From Neovahlkampfia damariscottae (Eukaryota): a DNA stretch of 64,000 nucleotides. How positions within the stretch are numbered: the stretch's first letter is position 1; each line of letters begins with the position of its first letter. The translations under genes were made by a program, and so were the position numbers. Below the pieces are notes generated by a model, which saw only the letters and a list, made by a program, of their open reading frames with translations, was not told where the DNA came from and ran no database searches. The stretch is taken from NCBI GenBank assembly GCA_016618085.1, contig JABLTG010000038.1, positions 1 to 64,000 on the forward strand, in the 5' to 3' direction. Positions 52,236-62,911 of the stretch are shown here, one piece after another.

Positions 52236-52721
52236 TTATTTTAAATAATGAAGTTTGACGTCAATATTATCGTATCCATAGTGAAGCATGGTCCATATTG
52301 CGTGACTAAATATTGCTATATGTTTAGTTTTGGGACCATTTGTGTTGTTTAGCCATTTATAGGCAATATTAGCTAATTTTTTATCAGATACTTTTTTATT
52401 ATTAATATTCAATTTATTGTATTCAGGTATGAGATATGAAACAAGTTCTAAAACAATTTGTTTTTGTGACAATTTCACACAAATATATTTTTTGTTTTCA
52501 TTTTTCTTAAATACTTCATATTCAACATTTTCAAAATGAAGTGAGAAATTTTTTTCATAACTTTCCGTGAGCATCAGAAATCTGTGATCAAAATAATATA
52601 AAAATTTATATCGGAAATATTTTTCCCATGACGTACAATACTCATTTATTTGTTTTCTAAAAATAAAATATTCAACAAAGATTAAGAAAAAAACACCAAC
52701 TCCAAAACCTGTCCAAAACAT
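52236..52721 (-). CDS. Orphan cargo protein with N-terminal TM anchor
   Basis: 161 aa, MFWTGFGVGVFFLIFVEYFIF; CCAAT at 52739-52743; a 1-nt shift in the A-run at the stop would add ~30 aa. Confidence 0.6.
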   Translation of the reverse strand: MFWTGFGVGVFFLIFVEYFIFRKQINEYCTSWEKYFRYKFLYYFDHRFLMLTESYEKNFSLHFENVEYEVFKKNENKKYICVKLSQKQIVLELVSYLIPEYNKLNINNKKVSDKKLANIAYKWLNNTNGPKTKHIAIFSHAIWTMLHYGYDNIDVKLHYLK

Positions 52722-52961
52722 TGTGGTTGGTTTGATACATTGGAAGACTCAAAATTTAGAAAACTTGGAAGCTTAAAAATGTAATTATTTCTTTAAACCA
52801 AAGTTTGTAGATACTCAAGTAGAAGTACTTTTCTTGAACCTCAATTTTACAAGTGGCTTGATTCAAACGTGGTCAATTATCAAGAATTTTAATAAACACT
52901 TGAGACTTTTTGTAAAACAAGTCACTTATTATGTTGTGATGGACTTATTCGGTAGATGATT

Positions 52962-53116
52962 GACTTATTGTTTTATGATAGACTTATTGTCTATTGATGT
53001 ATTCATTGTCTAATGAGTGATATTACATTTGAAAAGGAAACTTATTTGGTTGAAACACCAATCTTCAACTTAAAAATACCGTTTATTCTCATAAAGATAC
53101 TAATTGTCCAAGAGTC
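52962..53116 (-). repeat. Right terminal inverted repeat
   Basis: ...ACTAATTGTCCAAGAGTC, reverse complement of the left TIR. Confidence 0.92.
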
Positions 53117-54331
53117 TTAATAATCATTTCCTTTTGATAAAATCTCCTTGCAAGATGGTTTTAAAACGATTGTATGCTCAAATTGAGAAGTATAACATCC
53201 TTTAATATCAACTAAAGGAGGACAATCTTCAATCAATCCATTGTCAACCAAATGACGAAGAGCTATAACTGAATCTTCCCCAATTCTATCAAGATATCTC
53301 CTACAAAATGCTAAAGTGCTAAATTCTTTTTGAATAACAGCATTTAACTTTCTAGCACCTGCATGTCTCAAATGTATATTTGGAGCATTTGGAACTGGTT
53401 TATAATGACTACAATCAACATCATCTCTTATAGAGCCTTTTCCTGTGGAAGCAAAAGTTTCAATTGCATAAAATTCATTTTCCTCCATTTTAGTTGGATC
53501 ATCGCTTGCCACACATGGAACAGATTTTCCACCATGAATTAAATAAGGTTCAATATTATGTCCACATAAATTTTTGACTACTTTTACATCATATACTTTC
53601 TTTTCAATTTCTACTTGATAAGATTCCATGACTTCTTGAATAGTAGCTCCAACATCTCCAAGTCTCACATCAATTCCAGCTTCTTTGATACCTGCATAAG
53701 TTGCAGCTTTCGATGCTTCCAATAAAGGGTTGAACTGATCTTCCCAGCACATTGTAAAAGCACTATCAATGATTCTTCCATTGAAATGAACTCCAAAATC
53801 AATTTTCATGACATCTCCTTTTTGTAAGACAGTTTTATCACCAGGATTAGGTGTCCAGTGAGCAGCACAGTGATTTAATGAACAACCAGTCGGAAAAGCA
53901 ATTCCTGACTTTAATCCATTTGATTCCGTCAATAATCTGACTCTTGATTCCAATTCTTCAACAATATCAATCATTTTCATACCAGGTTTTATCCAATTTT
54001 GCATGTAATGTCTAACTTGACGATGTACTTCAGCACCTTTTCTAGCATCTGAGTAATCTTTTGCAAAAACTTTTTCTAAATTTTTTTTTTCAGTATTTCC
54101 TGTTCTGCACAGATTAAAGTCCTGTGCATAGTCCAAAATTTCTCCAACTGGCCAATCTTTAGATGGGTATAATTTTGACACTGGAATATCTGGTGGATTG
54201 TTTTGTTTAAGAGCATTGCTTTTTTTTTTCTTTTCTTTCTTCTTTTTCTTTGGTTCTTCAATTTTTTGTTCTTCTTTTTTTTCTTGTGGTTTTATTTCTT
54301 GTATCTTAATGTCTGTTTGATTGTCGGTCAT
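53117..54331 (-). CDS. METAP2: Methionine aminopeptidase 2
   Basis: Poly-Lys N-terminus, [34 protein letters not shown]. Confidence 0.97.
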   Translation of the reverse strand: MTDNQTDIKIQEIKPQEKKEEQKIEEPKKKKKEKKKKSNALKQNNPPDIPVSKLYPSKDWPVGEILDYAQDFNLCRTGNTEKKNLEKVFAKDYSDARKGAEVHRQVRHYMQNWIKPGMKMIDIVEELESRVRLLTESNGLKSGIAFPTGCSLNHCAAHWTPNPGDKTVLQKGDVMKIDFGVHFNGRIIDSAFTMCWEDQFNPLLEASKAATYAGIKEAGIDVRLGDVGATIQEVMESYQVEIEKKVYDVKVVKNLCGHNIEPYLIHGGKSVPCVASDDPTKMEENEFYAIETFASTGKGSIRDDVDCSHYKPVPNAPNIHLRHAGARKLNAVIQKEFSTLAFCRRYLDRIGEDSVIALRHLVDNGLIEDCPPLVDIKGCYTSQFEHTIVLKPSCKEILSKGNDY

Positions 54332-54521
54332 TTTTGTTTGAATTCAAAAAAGGTTTTGATTGGTCATGTTAAAAAGAATCTTTTTTTTTTTGAGGTGTTT
54401 ATTTGTCCAGAAAATCAACTCATAAAATTGAATTTTTCTTGATGAGATGTGCCTCTTTTATTCACAGAACAACCACAAAGAAACAACCAATCATTTTCTT
54501 TCCAGTCCTGTTTTAACTTGA

Positions 54522-57307
54522 ATGAAGCAAGTCATTTTTTTGTTGGCTTGTTTTTTTGTTCTTTTGAAAGGAGAAAATGTGATTTTAAATGTATATTCGG
54601 GAACCGATCAAAATTGCCGGATAATTAACGTTCATTTTTATTGAATTGTAACTTTTCTCAAAGACAACTGTTTTGATGGATAGTAAAACATGTTATCCAC
54701 ATGGAGATGATATTTGGATGAAATATAGCTGTGATGACGTGGTCACCAAAGCTTTTGAATGTTCAGACAAAGATTGTCAGAATTGTATTCATAAGAAACA
54801 ATTTCGTAATTTTTTTTTTTTCTCTGAAACAAAAGGCAATGGATTATGTGTTTTGAATGACTTCATGTTTAAAGGAGTAAATTTAGATACAAAAGATAAA
54901 TACCACAGTTTCAAATGCTCAAATAAAATTGAAGAAGGAATGCGTATTGGAGACTACAAACTTATAGCTGGAAGTGATGAAAAATGTATACAAAAAGAGA
55001 CTTCGTACAATATTAGTGGTTCAGCAAATTGTCTTCGAATAAGAAACTCCAAATTTTACTCAAGAGTAAGTGAAAAGTTAAATCTAACTTCAGACTGTTT
55101 GTATGAATAATCAACTAACAACATTCCAATATTCAAATGAATGGTGTGAAGGAAACTCTTCTATTCCTTTATCACCAACATTTAATCTAAATGAATGTAA
55201 AAATGGAATAGAATTAACTGAATGCGAAAATTTTATTCAAATTTCTTTTGGTAATTGAATTTAACTTTTAAAATGAATAGGATATGATTATTATTATGCT
55301 GTAATATTTATGAGTTCAACTGGTGCTTTTATTTTGGTTTATTCTTTGTTTTTAGGAAAAAGATGTATCATTGGAGTATTACATTTATTGCTATGCCAAT
55401 GCTCAAGTGGAATTCAATCATTGAGGTTATTAGAATTATTACTTGTCAGTTACCCAAAAATGTTCCAATTTTGTGGATTGTCTTATGGGAGATTACTCTC
55501 AGTTTTTGTTTATTTTCTCAATTATGTCTTTTTTTTTATTTTGACATTTTGGTATGAAAGTTGGTATACAAATATTGGTATTTGTCCAAAATACGTTTTA
55601 TTCTTCAATTCAATTGGATTTCATTTTACCTTTTCATTATTCACAACAATCATGGTCATTTCTGCAAGTACAATATCATTCTCATTTTGTTTGGCTTTTT
55701 TTTATTCCAGCAATACATATGATTCAATGTTCATTGAGAAAATTGGTATCTTTAATAAGAAATCAAGGTTTTATTATTCAAAATGGAGTCTTAACGATCC
55801 TATTTCAATAATTTTATTAAGTATCATTTCATTTTTAAATTTGATGTCTGGATTGATTGGATTTCTATTATTACATCAGTATTTATCAGATTTGAATTGT
55901 AGATTCGCACATATTTTAACTTTTTCAATTTTATTAATGATTACATTCACATTTGGAGTCGTTTCATTTTTATGGTTATTTTTTACTTTTTTCATGGATA
56001 TTGCATTTTGTTGTAATAAGAGAATCAAGAAAAAAAGAGAAGAAGAAAAATTAGTTTTAGAAGATATCAAAACAACTCTATCAAAAAAACCAGCAAAATT
56101 TTGGGACAAAGAACAATTCAAATTTTGGTTAAAATTACAAGGATTTGAAAAGTACTCCAAATCACTGGGTACTTATTCCGTCAATACACTAAAGAATCAT
56201 TTGACCATTGATGAAATTTACAAATTAGGAATCACAGATGAGCATCATCAAAAAAGTTTAATTGCTTTATTTTCAAATATAAATCCAAATTTACCATATA
56301 AAAACAGTAAGAATTTGATGTCATTTAAAAAGTTAGTTTCAACGATGCCTGTGACTTGGGACATTGAAAAAGTGATGGAATTTTTGGATAAATTTGGAAT
56401 ATCACCTGTAATTGCTTATACCTATGCTTTAAATGGATCTTATTTCATGAGTTTGAGTGTTGATGAAATACGTTCTATGTTACAATTGAAACCTGGTTTT
56501 TTAAATGATCAAAGAATTTCAGGAATTTGGAATTTACTTCATTTTAATCCATTATTTCATAAAGAAAAAGGTTATAAATCATGGAATTCTCGTCAAGTTC
56601 AACAATTCTTTTATGAATTAGGTATCAATGAAAGCAACGTTTTTTGTACTCAAAAAATTGTTGGTGCATTTTTACCAAACTTAAAAAACATTGATTGTTT
56701 AAGAGAATTAGGAATAGATAAAGATCATTACTTTTCTGTCATTTCAGCAATTGAAAACATTGATAAAGAATTCATGAACTTGAATGAAGTGAGAACATGG
56801 GTCAATTCAGAATTTGAAAATTCTATCATTCCACAAATCAAGAAATATGCAATTCATGGTGCTTTATTATTGTCCATGGATGAGAATTACATCACTAATA
56901 CATTTCCAACACTCAGAAAATCTAACATGAAACAAAAAGCACTTTTGGATAAGTTAGATACTTTACGATATAAATATGATATCATTCCGATTCAATTTCA
57001 AAGTTATAGTGTTTTAGATTTTGTACCTTCAACAAATCCTGAGTTTAATTCTTCATTCAATCCAGAAATTGAAGAAGAAGAAATTTCATTTGATCAAAGT
57101 AAAGAATATCTTTTGGGAACTTCTCAAGGAAGTCAACAAGGTTGGGAAGATGAAAATTTATGCAAAATATGTTTGGATAAAGAAAAGTGTATGTTAACTT
57201 TACCTTGTCGTCATATTTCAATGTGTGAAGATTGTTTTACTTTGGTGTCTGATTGTCCAATTTGTAGAACTCAAATACAATCAACTATTAAAGTTTTTTC
57301 TGTTTGA
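54522..57307 (+). CDS. Signal peptide, Cys-rich ectodomain, ~6-7 TM, multiple SAM-like domains, C-terminal RING
   Basis: Four GT-AG introns join the 54673 and 55310 ORFs in frame; SAM-like W....V..FL repeats; CKIC...PCRH...CEDC...CPICR. Confidence 0.8.
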
Positions 57308-57312
57308 AATTA

Positions 57313-57591
57313 ATCTTTATTTAAATATGTTAAATGTACAGACCAAAACATCATCACATATCGAACAATTTTCTTTTATTTTCCTTTAGATTTTCGGTCT
57401 AAATTTTAATTTACTAAGCGAGAAAATACCTTCTATTGAATTTAATTTCCAGCATATTTTTTATAACATTTTTTTAATCTTTTCATTTACTTTATGCAAA
57501 TTTGAAACCAAAAAATCATAAGTGAGGTAAAATGTACAAAATATTATCAAAAAGAACAAAACTACAAACAAACAAACTTTTTTAACACTCA
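57313..57591 (-). CDS. Possible small spliced membrane or secreted protein
   Basis: MSVKKVCLFVVLFFLIIFCTFY start after ATTGG; last exon ..CSICDDVLVCTFNIFK ending in AAATAAA; splicing uncertain. Confidence 0.35.
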
Positions 57592-57694
57592 TGCTGTTCC
57601 GAAAACAAAAAATCAACGTCTAATTTTATTTATCCAATAAAAAATCATTCGAACTTGATAAAACAAATTTTTAATTTCTGAATAATTTATTAAG

Positions 57695-60536
57695 TTATTT
57701 ATTCTTTGTAATTTTAGTAAATTTTTGACCTGCAAAAAATGAAAGTTTGTTCAATTGATTTTTTTTAAAATCATCTCTCATTTTTACGAATTGATATAAT
57801 TCTTCTTTTGAAATAGTTTTATCTAATTCCATTAAAATACTTTCAATATTTTCAGATTTAACAATAAATATATTTGAACATTCTCGTAAATTATTAAATT
57901 GATACTCAACAGCTTCAATTCCAAATTGACGAATTACCTTTTGATATTCACTTAAATCTCTCATGAATCGAATAGCACCATAATTGGAAACTGATAAATT
58001 TCTCAATGAAGAAACTAACAATCGATAAAATTGTAACCCAAGTTCAGTCAAAAATGATTCTCTATTTGAACCAAACAATGTATGAGAAATTGACTTCAAA
58101 TTTGACTGTAAATAAGCGCAACTGTTTAAACAAGCTGTAGTTGGGTTATTACTGAATTGATTTTGAACATCTTTTTTGAAAAAATCATCTTGTTTCAAAT
58201 CTTTGTCGAAAATCTGTTTCAATGAATCAAGTATGTATTTCAACTGATATTCTAATAATTTTACGACTTTAGATTCAACAGGAATGAATAATTCATCTCT
58301 CAATTTAAGACATTCAAGTCGAATTTCAATGGATGAAGTCATTGATGGCATTGCTGATACTTCTAAATGTCTTTCAAGACTGTATAATGTTGAATTACCC
58401 AATTGAAGTAATTTAAATATACTAGTTTTTTGATCATATTTGATTACAGGTCCAGGCATTTTTACGATTCCATATTCATGAAGACAACTTTGAAAAGTTA
58501 TTTTTAGATTTATTTTTTTTAAATTACTCATCAAATGCTTTGTTGACATAATATCCAATTTCTGTGAACAGAACTTTCAAAATTTCATAAACATTATATT
58601 CCCTGAATGTTAGTTTTTGATTGGTTTACAATTCTCCTTTAAAAGAAAGCGAAATTGCTCTTCGTACTGCTGTATCATTCAAATGAATCAAATTCACAAC
58701 AAAATCAAGTTTTAAAGGATCTCTGTCAAATTCCCATTGAACTGCATTTGTATTTTCTGATCCAGTTGATGAAGAAATTAAATTTAAACTTTTCCTTTTT
58801 TTCATTGGACTAACAGGTGCATTTGTTGGTGTTCCTGAATTCTTTCTTGGAGTTTTTAAATAGTTCCCAAAATATCCTTTTGTTGGGGTATCAAGTGCCT
58901 CAATTGGAGCGTTTTGTACTTCCAATTCTTTGATGTAAATGTTGTAAAACTCTTTTAAATGTTTCAGCTCCAAAGAAACGTAATTATTTCTTCTTTCCAA
59001 GAAAATTCCATAAAATAAAGGACGTATGAAATTTTCATTAATTGGTAATTTTGGTGTTGATTCAAATAACCTGTCACAATGTTGAATGACACAGAGATAA
59101 AAATTTTCTAAATTTTCTAAATAAATTCCTAAAACATCAACTTCATTTGAGTCAAAAATAGTATCTGGTTGCACTAACAAATGTTCAACAATTAAACTAT
59201 GAGCATCAGTTGCAATATTTGTCAACAATTTCCTAACAACTTCTTCTTCATGATTTGGGAATACTTCTCGAATGACCAAATATTCTTTTTGAATTAAACT
59301 TTCAACAGTACCCAAATAATCCTTAAAATCTTTCAAATTTTTGACACTTTCCAAAATTGAATTCTTGAGCTCTGATTTGTCAGTTTTTGGAATAGTATTA
59401 TATTTGATAACTGGTGAATCAATTGTATCATCATCATCATCAACATGATCAAATAATGGTAAAGGAGCATTTCCATTCATTTTTTGTTCAACACTTGAAT
59501 TCGTTGGTTCCAATTTATAATTTGTCTCTAAATCGAATGATTCAGGTGCCTCATCATCAGAATCATCACTCAAATCATAGTATTCTTTGTCACTAATCTT
59601 TGCTAAAATTTTTAAAATTTTACCATATCTTTCTTCAACATAAGTATCAATACATTTATCTTTGCTGTTAAAATCAAAAAGCACATTTGCTCTTCGTTCT
59701 AATTTTTTTAAAACTTGATCTTTATGTAAATCCAAGCATTTTAATGGTCTAAGAAAATTTTCGAGTAAATATGATTCTATCATGTCACTGTAAGTTTTAA
59801 TGTTGATAACAGCCTAAATTGTTAATTTAAAAACTTTTTCAAACTCGATAACAAGATTGAACTTTTCCCAAGTCTTTAACAATTAAGTTTAATTGTTTTG
59901 TTTTCTTGGCAGCTCCTTTCCTACAAGTTTTTGTGAAAATTGTATAAGCCAATTGTTCCGAGTTATTTCTTTCTGGATGTTTTAATGGTAACATTACTCT
60001 TTTGAATTTATCAGTTTCATATTTATTAAATTCATTAATATAACGAATTAGTTTATCTGCTTCAATTGCTCTTTTTTTATGTGAATCTATTGTCTCTAAA
60101 TTATTGCCAATTTGAACAGTTGTATTTCCAACTTTGTTAATATTGTCTTCTAAACCTTTTAATTTTTCAGAAATAGGATCTAATTCTTCTTGTAAATTTT
60201 TTAATTTTTGTGTTTGAATTTTTTCATTTTCTTCAATTTCATGAATGGAACTTTCAGAATTATCAATTTCTTCTTGACGTAATTTTTGAAGTTCAGTTAA
60301 TGTATCATTGAATAAATTTTCAAAAGCGTTACAATATATATCAAAAGAAGTTGATTTTTTGGCTTCATTTAAAATTCTATAAGTCAAATTCTCAACAAAA
60401 TCTTTTTCATCAAATTTCTTGTTTTTTTTGTTATTTATTTTTTTTTTACCCTAAAGTTTTCACTTGAAAATAAAGTCGAAGGAGGTTTGAAATTTGAGAG
60501 ATTCACTTGAACTTTGTCTTTTTTGTGATGACTCAT
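57695..60536 (-). CDS. EXOC5: Exocyst component Sec10/EXOC5
   Basis: FDEKDFVENL, KVGNTTVQIGNNLE, LKQDDF, PTTAC, FLTELG, GAIRFMRDLSEY. Confidence 0.9.
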
Positions 60537-60697
60537 GAATAATTAAAATGATTGGATAATAATTTCATTTGATTTTAAGTTTGATTGTAGACGTATCTGC
60601 AGTATTACACATGAAAAGTTCATGTTTGGAAAATTTCCGAATTTGAAAAAATGTTCTGTTTTCAACATCCAATCAAAAACAAACTCGAAAACAGGCA

Positions 60698-61502
60698 ATG
60701 CCCAACGTTAAATGCTGTGTTGTCGGTGATGGTGCTGTAGGAAAGACATGCCTGCTTTTCGTATACGCTAAAAATGAATTTCCAGAAAAATATGTAAGAA
60801 ACCATTTCAACTTAACCACAAATTCAAAAGGTTCCAACCATTTTTGATAAGTAGGACAAAAAGTTCATTTTTTTAAATATTTCCATAGCTTTAATACAGA
60901 TGTAGCAGTGGATGGAAATTCATATGTTTTGTCTCTTTGGGATACAGCTGGTAACTTTACTAAAAAATTAATTTTTTACATCTTTGAACAGGTCAAGAAG
61001 TAACTTTTTTTTTCTTTAAAAATCAAAGGATTATGATCGTTTGAGACCTTTAAGTTACCCTGGAACAAAAGTTTTTTTATTATGCTTTTCAGTTGTCTCA
61101 CGTTCAAGTTTCGAAAATGTCAAATCAAAAGTAAAAATAAACCAAAAAACTAAATTGAAAAGTGGGCTCCAGAAGTTAAACATCACGTAAGTGGATGTCC
61201 ATTGGTATTAGTTGGTACAAAAATTGATATTAAAGATGATGATGATTACATGGAAGATTTGAAAAGAGGTGGTTCAACAGCAATTGGTCTTCATGAAGCT
61301 CAAGATTTGAAGAAAGCTATTGGTGCTGAAAAATACATGGAATGTTCTGCAAAAACTGGAGAAGGAGTAAAAGTGAGTCATTAAAAAAAAACAAAATTTT
61401 AACAAAAAGGAACTTTTTGAAGAAGCTGTTAGAATGTCATTATATGCAAAAAAAAATCGTGGAGGAAGTACAGACGTTGGAAAAATTTGTACTTTATTAT
61501 AA
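60698..61502 (+). CDS. Rho-family (Rac-like) GTPase
   Basis: [33 protein letters not shown] (via 8-nt micro-exon), ECSA, CAAX CTLL; 6 introns. Confidence 0.95.
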
Positions 61503-61649
61503 AAAACATTTTATTTATTTTTTTTTATTTTTTATTTTTTGTTCTTGTTCACATTTTGAATTATTTTAATATCAAAGTTACATCAAAGTTTCCAAGCAAA
61601 ATAAAAAAGATTTGGGAAAAAGGAAAAATTTTTTTTATTCTTATTTGAT

Positions 61650-62186
61650 TTAATAAACCATGTACATTGCATATTCAGAATGTGGAACAAGTTTATCCAA
61701 AGTTGAAACAACAGAATCAAGTTTTTTATCAAATTCTTTTTCTTCTTTTTTAGAAATTCCAAAAAGTGTTCTGAGGTATGGAAATTCATCTTTTGAATCT
61801 TCAACAAGTTCTTTTGCCAAGTCTAAACATGAAGTAATTCCAACAATCAAATGTTCTTCGTTTCTCACTAAAACATGATGAATTTTATTATGAACCATGT
61901 ATTTTGCAACATCTTCACGTGAGTCACCTTCGTAACAAACAATTAAGTGATGTTTGACAATTTCGCCAACTGTAGTTTTATCTAAATCTTTTCCTTCAAC
62001 CATAGCGTTAACAATATCTGATTTTGTTAAAACACCAATAGCTACAGGTCCTTTGGAATCTTTTTTGTAAATGACCACTGACCCAACGTGTGATTCTAAA
62101 ACGAGTTTAGAAACTTCTCTGACTGTGGAGTCAACTGTTGCGTGAACAAGTTTTGAGAGAGGTACCATGAATTTTCCGACTTTCAT
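61650..62186 (-). CDS. CBS-pair (Bateman) protein
   Basis: HVGSVVI..GVLTKSDI and KIHHVLV..GITSCLDL. Confidence 0.85.
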   Translation of the reverse strand: MKVGKFMVPLSKLVHATVDSTVREVSKLVLESHVGSVVIYKKDSKGPVAIGVLTKSDIVNAMVEGKDLDKTTVGEIVKHHLIVCYEGDSREDVAKYMVHNKIHHVLVRNEEHLIVGITSCLDLAKELVEDSKDEFPYLRTLFGISKKEEKEFDKKLDSVVSTLDKLVPHSEYAMYMVY

Positions 62187-62347
62187 CTTCAATGTGTATT
62201 TTGGTGGTTGTTTTGAAAAAAAAATGGAGGGATCTGATTCATCGATTTCCTTTTACCAAAATTGGGGAAATTTTCAATATCCAATAAAAAGTCGTTATTC
62301 TTCAACTAATTATTTATTATTTTTAATTCTTTTTACAAATCTTTTTC

Positions 62348-62785
62348 TTATTTGAAACGTATAGGTTCTCCGTCTTTGTGGTATAAAACGACATCATGAA
62401 GTTGAATTGCTTTTCCATCATAATCTGCGTCAACTTTGACAACACCAAGATCTTCTTTATCACCAACTTTCACTTCAAATTCAAATTCAAAATTTGTAAA
62501 TTTAGTTTTTGTTTTGCTTTCATAAATTTTTTCAAATTCAATTTTTTGGTCAAAGTTTGCTCTGATTAATTTCAAAACATCAAGTGTGATATCATCAACA
62601 TTTGAATTTATTCTTTTTCTCATGTCTTTTACCAAAGCATGTTCAGTGTCAGCATTTACGTTGAAATAAGAACCTAATTTTTCTCCAAAACCTTTTTTCT
62701 TTTCTTCATTATAAAATCTTTTAAATTTCATTAACTTAGTCATTTTTAAACTTTGTGAAAAAACTTTTCTTCTGAGATTGATCAT
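62348..62785 (-). CDS. Probable mitochondrial protein (Coa1/Tim21-like fold possible)
   Basis: Presequence-like N-terminus; FEVKVG..GVVKV.A beta pattern. Confidence 0.45.
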   Translation of the reverse strand: MINLRRKVFSQSLKMTKLMKFKRFYNEEKKKGFGEKLGSYFNVNADTEHALVKDMRKRINSNVDDITLDVLKLIRANFDQKIEFEKIYESKTKTKFTNFEFEFEVKVGDKEDLGVVKVDADYDGKAIQLHDVVLYHKDGEPIRFK

Positions 62786-62911
62786 TTCAGTCGGTTTGTT
62801 AGTTTTTTAAAATGTTTTGATTGGATGAATTAAATTTTTATTTTTATTGAAAATATTCAAAAACTCTTTGAAATTTCTCTGGGATTACAATGAAATCATA
62901 AGGTCTTCAAC

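Larger units (their letters stand above)
51839..53116. mobile_element. Non-autonomous TIR DNA element (Pack-MULE/MITE-like) carrying a cargo ORF
   Basis: 155-bp ungapped terminal inverted repeats; TTAATAA duplicated at 51832-51838 and 53117-53123; no transposase. Confidence 0.88.

Noticed and set aside
62241..62270. CCTTTTACC resembling U5 snRNA loop I
   Set aside because: Lacks the invariant G of GCCUUUUAC and the closing stem does not pair in register
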